Assembly (NCBI GenBank): GCA_029564175.1
Contig: JAKQQL010000300.1
Span: 1-18,338, forward strand
From: Candidatus Cloacimonadota bacterium
GTDB lineage: Bacteria; Cloacimonadota; Cloacimonadia; Cloacimonadales; WRIO01
Direction of reading: 5' to 3'
DNA: 18,338 nt
Below the pieces are notes generated by a model that did not search any database, was not told the DNA's origin, and saw only the letters and a list, made by a program, of their open reading frames with translations. Shown here piece by piece: positions 1-8,428 of this stretch. A program made the position numbers and the translations under genes. Positions within the stretch are counted from its first letter, which is position 1. Each line of letters opens with the position of its first letter.

Positions 1-22
1 TTCTGAAAATCCTTTTAAATAG
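1..22 (+). CDS. Possible 3' tail of an upstream gene (...SENPFK-stop), truncated by the window edge
   Basis: Frame starting at nt 2 reads TCT GAA AAT CCT TTT AAA TAG and is followed by strong hairpins. Too short to verify. Confidence 0.3.
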
Positions 23-57
23 ATATTGTTTACGAAGTCCTGTTCGTAAGATAACAT

Positions 58-90
58 GAATGCCTCCAAATTTAATATTTGGAGGCATTC
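58..90. terminator. 14-bp perfect hairpin, probable terminator or stabilising stem of the upstream transcript
   Basis: GAATGCCTCCAAAT (58-71), loop TTAAT, ATTTGGAGGCATTC (77-90), followed by TAATTT. The U-tract is weak. Confidence 0.55.
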
Positions 91-183
91 TAATTTACGA
101 AGTAAATTTGTAAACCTGCTGCTTGCAGCTTCGTTCAAGCATCCTGCTTGTAGCATACTTACATAAAATCCAAGGAGAGTTAA

Positions 184-996
184 ATGTCAGAGCTATATAC
201 TAAGGTTGAGACAATTATCAGAGAAGCCGGAGAAATTCTGAAGAATGCCTTCTATGATATTAAAAAAGTCAGTACCAAATCTAACAGTTCTGATCTGGTT
301 ACCGAAACAGACAAGGAGATTGAGCGTTTTTTAATCAACAAGCTTGGAGAAATCTTACCTGACAGTCTGTTTTTGGCAGAAGAAAGCGATGCTGAACATA
401 AACAGGCTGATAAGCTTTGGATTATTGATCCGATAGATGGTACAACGAATTTTGTGCATCAGTTTCCTTTCGTCTGTATTTCTGTAGCCTTAATGATAAA
501 AGGACAGTTGGAATATGGCTTTGTTTATAATCCGGTGATAAATGAATTCTTTAGTGCTCAGAGAGGTAAAGGTACTTTTTTAAACGGTGTTAAGCTGGAA
601 GTCTCTGAACAGTCAGATTTTACAAAATCATTACTTGGAACTGGTTTTTCTTATGGTTTTAAAACAGCAAAAATAGATAATATATCCATTTACAGGGATC
701 TTTTAGGGAAAGTACATGGGATTCGCCGACCCGGAAGCGCTGCCCTTGATTTGTGTTATGTAGCAAAAGGGGTGTATGAAGGCTATTGGGAATTTTATCT
801 GAATCCCTGGGATGTCTGTGCCGGCATATTAATTGTTCAGGAAGCTGGCGGTCAGGTAAGTAACAGGGAAGGCAAGGGATGGACATTCAACGATGAATTA
901 ATCATTGCATCCAACGGAAGAATTCATGATACCTTAATGAAAGAACTCTATGACCATATCAACCAACAGTCAGGGAATGCTCATGAAAATCAGTAA
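184..996 (+). CDS. suhB: Inositol monophosphatase family protein (SuhB-like), 270 aa
   Basis: IMPase motifs DLVTETD, AEE, WIIDPIDGTTNF, RRPGSAALDL and WDVCAG. RBS AAGGAG just upstream of the ATG. Confidence 0.9.
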   Translation: MSELYTKVETIIREAGEILKNAFYDIKKVSTKSNSSDLVTETDKEIERFLINKLGEILPDSLFLAEESDAEHKQADKLWIIDPIDGTTNFVHQFPFVCISVALMIKGQLEYGFVYNPVINEFFSAQRGKGTFLNGVKLEVSEQSDFTKSLLGTGFSYGFKTAKIDNISIYRDLLGKVHGIRRPGSAALDLCYVAKGVYEGYWEFYLNPWDVCAGILIVQEAGGQVSNREGKGWTFNDELIIASNGRIHDTLMKELYDHINQQSGNAHENQ

Positions 997-1558
997 AAAT
1001 GAAAATCAGGTATCCCTATCAGAAGAGTTCAGTTTTTATGAGATACTTTTTCAACTGAAAAATCTGTATCGGCAGGGCTGGCTTCAGGCAGGTATTTCTA
1101 AAGAACATTGTGAAAGTATTGCTGATCATTCTTTTGCATTAGCGATGTTGTGTTTGAAATATCAGAAGGATTACCCTGAAATGCTTGATATGGAAAAGAT
1201 GCTAAAAATGACGTTGATACATGATTTGGCAGAGGCAGTCATTGGTGATATAACGCCTTCTGAAGAAATCAGTCTGAAAGATAAATTTAGCATGGAAAAA
1301 GAGGCGATTGAGTCAATATTGAGTCATTTCCCTGATTCAGATGAATTACTTGATATATGGCTGGATTTTGAGACCGGAGGAAGTTCAACTGCTCTTTATG
1401 TGAAGCAAATGGATAAGATTGAAATGATGCTTCAAGCCCTTGTTTATCAAAATCATTCAGTTGATTTATCTTCTTTTTTTGAATCAACAGAAAAACAAAT
1501 GCAGAATGATTTTTTTAAAGATCTGAGATTAAAGATTATCAATAAAGCGAAACTGTAA
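983..1558 (+). CDS. HD-domain phosphohydrolase (YfbR/HDDC2-like 5'-deoxynucleotidase family), ~191 aa
   Basis: Motifs LKNLYRQGW, ESIADHS, IHDLAE..GDITP and DKIE. ATG at 983 (after CAGGGA, overlapping the suhB 3' end) preferred over 950. Confidence 0.85.
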   Translation: MKISKNENQVSLSEEFSFYEILFQLKNLYRQGWLQAGISKEHCESIADHSFALAMLCLKYQKDYPEMLDMEKMLKMTLIHDLAEAVIGDITPSEEISLKDKFSMEKEAIESILSHFPDSDELLDIWLDFETGGSSTALYVKQMDKIEMMLQALVYQNHSVDLSSFFESTEKQMQNDFFKDLRLKIINKAKL

Positions 1559-1573
1559 GTTTTCTAACATTAG

Positions 1574-1609
1574 AAAAACAGGTTCCGGCTAATACCAGAA
1601 CCTGTTTTT
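1574..1609. terminator. Bidirectional intrinsic terminator between the convergent HD and satP genes
   Basis: AAAAACAGGTTC (1574-1585) pairs with GAACCTGTTTTT (1598-1609), giving a T-tract on both strands. The inner part pairs further via G-U on the minus strand. Confidence 0.85.
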
Positions 1610-1622
1610 AACATATATATGA

Positions 1623-2213
1623 TTAATGCTTTACCGGTCCGATAGGTAAGAGAACTTTTCCATAAACTTCATTCAGAATCTGAGCAAGACAAGCATAAAC
1701 CGCTAGAAGACCACAAATGATGCCTTCATAACCAGCAATGACTTTGATTGTATGATTACCACTGAAGTCAGCAATTGCCAGTAAAGCAAATAATACTACC
1801 AATGTTCCAAAAACCCACTGTAATGCCTTGTTTAATCTTAATGTACCAACCCACATACCGAAGGTAAAGAGTCCCCATAACAAGAGATAGAAACCCATTG
1901 TGTAGGCATCAGTTGGTTCTGCCAATCCTAATTTTGGCATTTCCCAGATAGTAACTAAAGAAATCCAGAAAAATCCGTATCCGGTAAAAGCAGTTGTGCC
2001 AAAGGTGTTATTTTTCTTCCATTCCATGATGCCGGCGATTACCTGAGCAAGACCGCCAACAAAGATTCCCATCGCCATAATCATGCTGGTAAGCGGAATA
2101 ATACCTGCATTGGCAAGATTTAACAAAATAGTGGTCATCCCAAAACCAAGTAATCCTAATGGTGCCGGATTAGCGGTAGTGTCCATAATTTTAATAGTGT
2201 CATTTGATTGCAT
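1623..2213 (-). CDS. satP: Acetate/succinate transporter, GPR1/FUN34/YaaH (AceTr) family, 196 aa
   Basis: Signature ANPAPLGLLGFG, plus GGLAQ, NTFGTTAF and GFFW. About six hydrophobic segments. RBS AAGGA upstream. Confidence 0.92.
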   Translation of the reverse strand: MQSNDTIKIMDTTANPAPLGLLGFGMTTILLNLANAGIIPLTSMIMAMGIFVGGLAQVIAGIMEWKKNNTFGTTAFTGYGFFWISLVTIWEMPKLGLAEPTDAYTMGFYLLLWGLFTFGMWVGTLRLNKALQWVFGTLVVLFALLAIADFSGNHTIKVIAGYEGIICGLLAVYACLAQILNEVYGKVLLPIGPVKH

Positions 2214-2408
2214 TTTTTATCCTTTATTCTTAATATAGAGTGACAAAATTAAAAAGATTGCTACTTGTCAAGTGTAAATATGATGACCATTGTTTTAATT
2301 GCATGAAGACTGCTTAAATCTGCTTTTCAAATTTCGTAATGTCTCATATAAACCTGATCTACAAGATATTAAAACCCACACAAACACCCTCTCTATATAT
2401 ATAACCTG

Positions 2409-2429
2409 GACAAAAATCTGATTTTTGTC
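2409..2429. promoter_or_regulatory. Perfect 10-1-10 palindrome, candidate transcription-factor operator in the divergent promoter region
   Basis: GACAAAAATC-T-GATTTTTGTC. A 1-nt spacer and AT-rich arms fit a dimeric protein site better than a terminator. Confidence 0.45.
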
Positions 2430-2523
2430 TTTTTTCTTGATTTATTTTTGAAATTGACAAAAAAACTTTGCCAGAATCTCTGAGAAACTATAAAGAAAAA
2501 ATCATAGATCATTACTTTTACAC

Positions 2524-2552
2524 TTGACATTAACTCTCAAATGATATATCGT
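2524..2552 (+). promoter_or_regulatory. Sigma70-type promoter for the EF-hand protein gene
   Basis: TTGACA (2524-2529), 17-nt spacer, TATCGT (2547-2552), about 80 nt upstream of the ATG at 2635. Confidence 0.6.
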
Positions 2553-2634
2553 TATTTATCAGTCTGATAGTATGAAATCAGTTGCTTGTTAGCTGATGAT
2601 ATATATTCCTGTCTTCAAAGTAAAGGAGAATAAA

Positions 2635-4758
2635 ATGGGAAAAAAACATGTTTGGCATTTCTCAAGGATTGGCGGAATCAATCGCGTAAATTTAGAATCG
2701 GGTTCAGATCTGGCGAATCTAGAATCTCTGGATCAAAAATTATGGACTGCATTGAGTTGTCCTGTTGCTGGTTTAGAGATTGACATTAAGACCTTACAGT
2801 TAATCGACACAGACAATGACGGAAAAATACGGGTTCCTGAAATACTTACTGCCGTAAACTGGATTTTATCCATAATTACTAATCCGGATGATTTACTGAA
2901 AAGAGATCAAACGATGCCTTTGTCTGCCATTAACCAGAATCAGCCGGAAGGAAAAATATTATATTCGGCAGCCAAACAGATACTGGCCAATCTTGGAAAA
3001 CCTGAAGCTACAGAACTATCAGTAGCAGATACATCCGATATGGAAGCAATTTTTGCCAATACCCGATTTAACGGAGATGGCATTATTACTGAAAACTCAA
3101 CAGATGATGAAAGCCTAAAAACACTAATCAACCATATAATTGCCAGTGTCGGATCTGAAACAGACCGTAGCGGACAACCCGGTATAGGTTCAGCACAACT
3201 GGAAACCTTTTTTGATTTATGTACTGAGTATTCTGCATGGTTTCAACAGGCAGAAGATCATAAAGAAAACATATTCCCTTTTGGAGAGAAAACAGAAGAA
3301 GCCTTCACTTTGTTTTCAAGCTTAAAAGCTAAAATTGATGACTATTTTCTACGCTGTCGTCTTGCTGAATTTGATCCTCAGTCAACCGAAACTTTAAACA
3401 CAATGTCTGACATAATGGCTTCTATCAGCCATCAGAATGTTTCCAATAGTCTTCAGCAAATTTCAGAATTTCCTTTGGCCAAGATTGAAGCGAATAAATC
3501 TCTGATGATAAACACACCCATCAATCCTGTCTGGAAAGACAAACTGTCTAACTTTTTTAACATCGTAAAAACGCAGATAAGCGACAATGGGAGCACTTTA
3601 TCAGAAGATGAGTGGAATAAACTGTCAGCATTATTTGAACCCTTTAATCGATGGAAATCTGAAAAAGTAAATACAGTTGATTCACTTGGTTTGGAGTATA
3701 TCCGTACATTTTTGTCATCACAGCAAAAGATTCAGTTATCATCACTGATTGAACAGGACATCGCACTGGAAACAGAAGCGATCAGCGTCATTCAGGTTGA
3801 CAAATTAGTCAGATATTATCGTCATATTTATACATTGCTGAATAATTTCATCACTTTTTCTGATTTTTACACACCTGGTTATAAAGCAATATTCCAGGCT
3901 GGAACGATCTATTTTGATCAACGAAGCTGTGATCTCTGCATAAAAGTTTCTGATATGGGTAAACAGGGGAGTATGGCTCCTGCAAGCGGAATCTGTCTCG
4001 TTTACTTTGATTGTTTCTCCAAAGTCAAAAATGAAAAAATTACGATAGTAGCCTCCTTTACAGCAGGGGATATTGATAACCTGACAGTTGGAAGAAATGC
4101 CATATTTTATGACAATAAGGGTTTAGACTGGGATGCAACAGTCATTAAGATTATTGACAATCCGATAAGCATTCGTCAGGCTTTCTGGACACCCTACCGA
4201 AAAATCTCAACTATGATCTCAAAACAGATAGAAAAGATCGCTTCTGTCCAGGATGCAAAAGTAAATCATTCTTCTTCGGGTTTCATTGAAAATAGCAGTA
4301 AACTGACAGATCCTGTAACAAAAGCTGCACCTTTTGATATTGCAAAATTTGCAGGTATTTTTGCTGCGATTGGTTTGGCGTTTGGAGCAATTGGGTCTGT
4401 TCTGACATCCATTATTAGCGGATTTCTGGCTTTGGTTTGGTGGAAAATACCTTTAGCAATAGCAGGGAGTATCCTTGTAATATCCTGTCCTTCAATGATT
4501 CTTGCCTGGATGAAGCTACGAAAAAGAAATCTTGCGCCAATTCTGGATGCAAACGGTTGGGCAATAAATGCAAAAGCAACTATCAATATAGCCTTTGGAT
4601 CTTCACTTACCCATGTAGCCAAGATACCTAAAAATTCCAAAATGAATCTAAACGATCCTTTCAGTAAGAAAAAAAGACCGCTTGTACCAGTACTTTTATT
4701 GCTTTTGCTAACCATTATCGTGTCTGTGTCAGGGTATTTCTATTTTTTTGTTAAATAA
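2635..4758 (+). CDS. Hypothetical EF-hand-containing membrane-anchored protein, ~707 aa
   Basis: Canonical 12-residue EF loop DTDNDGKIRVPE (2806-2841), no signal peptide, two hydrophobic helices (FAGIFAAIGLAFGAIG.., IPLAIAGSILVISC..) and a C-terminal hydrophobic tail after KKKR. ATG at 2635 follows RBS AAGGAG and is preferred over 2596. Confidence 0.8.
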   Translation: MGKKHVWHFSRIGGINRVNLESGSDLANLESLDQKLWTALSCPVAGLEIDIKTLQLIDTDNDGKIRVPEILTAVNWILSIITNPDDLLKRDQTMPLSAINQNQPEGKILYSAAKQILANLGKPEATELSVADTSDMEAIFANTRFNGDGIITENSTDDESLKTLINHIIASVGSETDRSGQPGIGSAQLETFFDLCTEYSAWFQQAEDHKENIFPFGEKTEEAFTLFSSLKAKIDDYFLRCRLAEFDPQSTETLNTMSDIMASISHQNVSNSLQQISEFPLAKIEANKSLMINTPINPVWKDKLSNFFNIVKTQISDNGSTLSEDEWNKLSALFEPFNRWKSEKVNTVDSLGLEYIRTFLSSQQKIQLSSLIEQDIALETEAISVIQVDKLVRYYRHIYTLLNNFITFSDFYTPGYKAIFQAGTIYFDQRSCDLCIKVSDMGKQGSMAPASGICLVYFDCFSKVKNEKITIVASFTAGDIDNLTVGRNAIFYDNKGLDWDATVIKIIDNPISIRQAFWTPYRKISTMISKQIEKIASVQDAKVNHSSSGFIENSSKLTDPVTKAAPFDIAKFAGIFAAIGLAFGAIGSVLTSIISGFLALVWWKIPLAIAGSILVISCPSMILAWMKLRKRNLAPILDANGWAINAKATINIAFGSSLTHVAKIPKNSKMNLNDPFSKKKRPLVPVLLLLLLTIIVSVSGYFYFFVK

Positions 4759-4957
4759 GGATGATACATACTGTTGATATTCAGATTCACGGTACTACAA
4801 GCGTTTTGCCTTTAAAAAACAAACTAAATCTGCCTTAAGAAACATCACCGGTTATACTCAAAACAAAAAAAAGAAAGGGATACAGGTTAATTGCCTAAAT
4901 CTCTGACATTTCTTCTTTTATGAAAAGTTGATACATTTTACTAGAATTAGTACAATC

Positions 4958-4987
4958 AAAAAAGGGCAGTGTTTTCACACTGCCCTT
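4958..4987 (-). terminator. Intrinsic terminator of the S8 peptidase gene
   Basis: Minus strand reads AAGGGCAGTGT-GAAA-ACACTGCCCTT-TTTT: 11-bp stem, GNRA loop and U-tract, 16 nt after the stop. Confidence 0.9.
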
Positions 4988-5003
4988 CAATATTTCAGCT
5001 GAA

Positions 5004-8000
5004 TTATTTAATCAGCATCATTTTTCTGGTGGAAGTAAAGTCATGACTTTCCAGTTTGTAGAAATAGATTCCACTGGAAACTGATTTGTTCTGATTATCT
5101 TTACCATTCCAAGTGATTGAATGGCTTCCGGCATTCATTTTTTCATTAATCAGAGATTTTACAACCTGACCTTTAATGTTATATACAGTCAGTTTAACAG
5201 GGCTGTTTTGTTTTAAACTGAATGCGATAGAAGTCGTTGGATTGAAAGGATTTGGGTAATTTTGTTCAAGTGCATTAAATGCTGGAGTTACAATTACATC
5301 TTCTCCTGCTACGCTACTATCAAATACAGAAGCGGAACGGTTTGAGTTTCCTCTGAAAGAAGCCCATTTACCGTCGAATCCCTGACTTTTATAATCTACG
5401 AAAACGATTTCATTTTGATTAGGTAACATAATATCAACATCGTTATCAGTATCAAAATTGCCAATTGCAGGAGATACTTTTAAGCTCTGTCCGCATTTTA
5501 CAGGGAATCCGGCAATTTCATTACCTTGCATATTGAATGCATGAAGATAGCCATCATTATCGCCAAAGAGAATATTATCCTGACCATTTTCAACTAATGA
5601 GTAAACCACTGGAGAACATTCAACTGAAGGAGTAACCTGAACAGGGAAATTTTCAACAGGGCTTAAACTTGCATCACGAACGTAAAGGCTTCCTGAATAA
5701 TCAGTATAAGCAATTTCATAGCGATTATCAGAATCCATTTTGAAAGCAGTCACTTCTGATTTTACAGCTGCAGGGTTTAATATATTTGACATAACAACGC
5801 CATCTTTGCTATAAATCGTAATAGGGCAATTAGTTGCAGATGATCCAGCAATCACAATTTCATTTGTGTTTTCATCATTATCAAAGTTTGCGACAGTAGG
5901 ACCATGTAAAGAAGGACTTGATAAAGCAACTGGCCATCCAGTTAACTCTTCACCGGTTGTTCCGTTGATTACGTGTAATTTCTGATTAGTTGGAACGATT
6001 AATTCTTTTTTATTATCATTATTCATATCTTCTGCAGCCAGATTAGCAATAATTGCTGCTTCAAGGGTTAGTGGGAAACCACTGTTGATTGATAAATCAG
6101 TACCATTTAAAACATACAATTTTTTACTTTGTGTTCCTATTAAAATTTCTGGTTGAGAATCTCCAGTGACATCTGCAATTACAGGGCAATTACGAATGTT
6201 GCCTTCAAGATTGGCTGTTGCCTGAACCTGTCCGTTATGATCAATTATTTTTACAGTACTACTCATAGCAGCCGCTACGATTTCAGGTTTACTATCTCCA
6301 ATTAAATTAGCAATAGCAAGTCCGTTCATAATATTTGAGTTTTCAGAAACTGTTACAGGGAAACCGCTTAATTCAGTTCCATCTGCTTTTAGTGCATGAA
6401 CTTTACCACTGGTATCACCAAACACAAGCACTTTCTGTCCATCCTGTTTTAAATCTACCAGTAAAGGTGAAGAAGAAGAAGATGCCCCAACATTGATAGG
6501 CCAGCCACTCTGAATCAGACTTAATGAAACAGTAAAGTTAATATCTTTTGCATAGACGACATTTGAGCCAGGAGCGCTGTCTGCTGTGATATGTAATACA
6601 AAAGGAATTTCATACACATTAAAATCAGCAGGTGTTGAGAATTTAAACATATTGGTTGAAGTACCGTTAAATCCATTGAAAATATCAGAGAAACTTAACA
6701 CAGAATCAATGATAGTCACGCCATTCAGCTGAGTACGCACAACTGCATTAATATTTGTTGCATCTAACCAGGAATCCGTATTTTCAAGAGAAATGGAAGC
6801 ACTGATTACTTCGCCAGGGTTTGGAACTGTATCTCCGTCACCTTGAGTTTCAACAATATTCATACCATACAAACTCAGGTTAGGAATAATATCAGATAAG
6901 ATCGCTTTGAAAGCATTCACACGGCCAGAGCCTAATTTACCTTCATAAATCGTTCCATACATTTGAGGAATTTCATCAGCAGTAGCTAAAAGTCTCTGTC
7001 TAATCTGTTGAACAGAATAATCAGGATGTGTAGCTTTTACCATTGCAGCAATACCTGCAGCAACAGGAGTTGCCATAGAGGTACCACTAAAGCTTGCATA
7101 AGTATTTGCACCATTGTTATAGATAGTTGACAGGATACCATCTCCAGGAGATGTTAAATCGATTGCAGTACCATAATCTGAGAAACTTGCTTTTTCATCG
7201 CTTGAGTTTGAAGCAGCAACTGAAATAGCATTGGTTGCATCACTTGGATAGCTTGGACTGGTCGCATGGTCAGCGTCATCATTACCAGCTGCAGCCAAAA
7301 CCAGAGATCCCTGATTGTACGCATAATTCACAGTTGTATTAGAAGTAGAGGAACCACCAGGTCCGCCCCAGCTACAGTTAATAATATGTGCACCTGAATC
7401 GGCACAGTAATAAATACCATTATTACCATAAGAAACAGATGTACTTGGAGTTGTATTAGACTGATGTTTGGTAATCATTAATTTTACTCTTTGTGGAACG
7501 CTGGCAACACCAACGCCATTGTGAGTTACAGCACCCACACAACCTGCCACGTGTGAACCGTGATCATTGCCATTATATGCCTGATAAGGGTTGTTATCAT
7601 TTGAGAAAAAGTCCCAGCCAATAACATCATCCACTTTACCATTACCATCATCGTCAACACCATTACCACCAGAAACTGTTCCGTTTGCCCAGTTAATGGT
7701 CATACCTGCTTCAAGTTCTGGCATATTGATCCAGATATTATCTTTCAGGTCAACGTGATTCCATTTGGTACCTGAATCAACAATACCTACGACAATTGTT
7801 GAATCTCCGCTAAAATAATCATATAAATCATAAGCCTGAACTTTTCCCAGATGCCATTGCATTTCGTGCATTGGGTCATTTGGAACCATCTGATGTTTGG
7901 TAATACCATCATATTCAGCATATACCAGGTTGTAATCTTTTGATAAAGCTGTAATTGCTTCTTCGATTTTTGAATTGTCTTTAATGGTTGCTTTGAAAAT

Positions 8001-8297
8001 ATTCATTGGAGCCGCACCATTTTCATCGACCCAATTTTGATTCTTGACCTGATACAGCTGCTCAAGATTGGTAATCTGGTACGTTTTAGCCAACAAGTCA
8101 AATGTTTTTAAACCCACTTGTACAACACCATTTTCACGGGTCATATTGATTTCACCACGAGTACTGTTAATCGCATCTGTTTTAAAACAGATCAGAATGG
8201 TATTAGCTACGTATTTTTCACTGTCAAAACGATCAACAGCAAACAAAGATACAGCTAAAACTAAGGTTAACAGGCTGAGTGTTAGTAGTTTTTTCAT
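5004..8297 (-). CDS. Secreted S8 (subtilisin-family) serine peptidase with FG-GAP-like repeats and a C-terminal sorting (T9SS type A / FlgD-Ig-like) domain, 1097 aa
   Basis: Signal peptide, prodomain, triad D174 (IVDSG), H246 (DHGSHVAG), S407 (GTSMATP), oxyanion AAAGN, DDDGNGKVDD loop, repeated D-x-x-G/N-D-x-x-x-E-I/L and G(F/W)PV units, and NYPNPFNP..RKMMLIK C-terminus. Confidence 0.93.
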   Translation of the reverse strand: MKKLLTLSLLTLVLAVSLFAVDRFDSEKYVANTILICFKTDAINSTRGEINMTRENGVVQVGLKTFDLLAKTYQITNLEQLYQVKNQNWVDENGAAPMNIFKATIKDNSKIEEAITALSKDYNLVYAEYDGITKHQMVPNDPMHEMQWHLGKVQAYDLYDYFSGDSTIVVGIVDSGTKWNHVDLKDNIWINMPELEAGMTINWANGTVSGGNGVDDDGNGKVDDVIGWDFFSNDNNPYQAYNGNDHGSHVAGCVGAVTHNGVGVASVPQRVKLMITKHQSNTTPSTSVSYGNNGIYYCADSGAHIINCSWGGPGGSSTSNTTVNYAYNQGSLVLAAAGNDDADHATSPSYPSDATNAISVAASNSSDEKASFSDYGTAIDLTSPGDGILSTIYNNGANTYASFSGTSMATPVAAGIAAMVKATHPDYSVQQIRQRLLATADEIPQMYGTIYEGKLGSGRVNAFKAILSDIIPNLSLYGMNIVETQGDGDTVPNPGEVISASISLENTDSWLDATNINAVVRTQLNGVTIIDSVLSFSDIFNGFNGTSTNMFKFSTPADFNVYEIPFVLHITADSAPGSNVVYAKDINFTVSLSLIQSGWPINVGASSSSSPLLVDLKQDGQKVLVFGDTSGKVHALKADGTELSGFPVTVSENSNIMNGLAIANLIGDSKPEIVAAAMSSTVKIIDHNGQVQATANLEGNIRNCPVIADVTGDSQPEILIGTQSKKLYVLNGTDLSINSGFPLTLEAAIIANLAAEDMNNDNKKELIVPTNQKLHVINGTTGEELTGWPVALSSPSLHGPTVANFDNDENTNEIVIAGSSATNCPITIYSKDGVVMSNILNPAAVKSEVTAFKMDSDNRYEIAYTDYSGSLYVRDASLSPVENFPVQVTPSVECSPVVYSLVENGQDNILFGDNDGYLHAFNMQGNEIAGFPVKCGQSLKVSPAIGNFDTDNDVDIMLPNQNEIVFVDYKSQGFDGKWASFRGNSNRSASVFDSSVAGEDVIVTPAFNALEQNYPNPFNPTTSIAFSLKQNSPVKLTVYNIKGQVVKSLINEKMNAGSHSITWNGKDNQNKSVSSGIYFYKLESHDFTSTRKMMLIK

Positions 8298-8394
8298 CTT
8301 ATCTCCTATTCTTTAATATACTTTAATCTCTTCTTTATTACTTGCAATTTATGAGCCTTTTTTTTAAAAAGAGATTAAAATACATTAAAATGAG

Positions 8395-8420
8395 AAACCG
8401 GAGCATTGCTGCTCCGGTTT
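8395..8420 (-). terminator. Hairpin after the 936-aa gene (terminator or mRNA-stabilising stem)
   Basis: Minus strand reads AAACCGGAGCA-GCAA-TGCTCCGGTTT, then CTCATTTT: 11-bp stem, GNRA loop, interrupted U-tract. Confidence 0.8.
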
Positions 8421-8428
8421 TTATGATG

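Noticed and set aside
2373..2403. AC/CT/TA low-complexity tract (ACCCACACAAACACCCTCTCTATATATATA) as a phase-variable repeat
   Set aside because: Runs are short and mixed, and do not lie within a gene or an identified promoter spacer.
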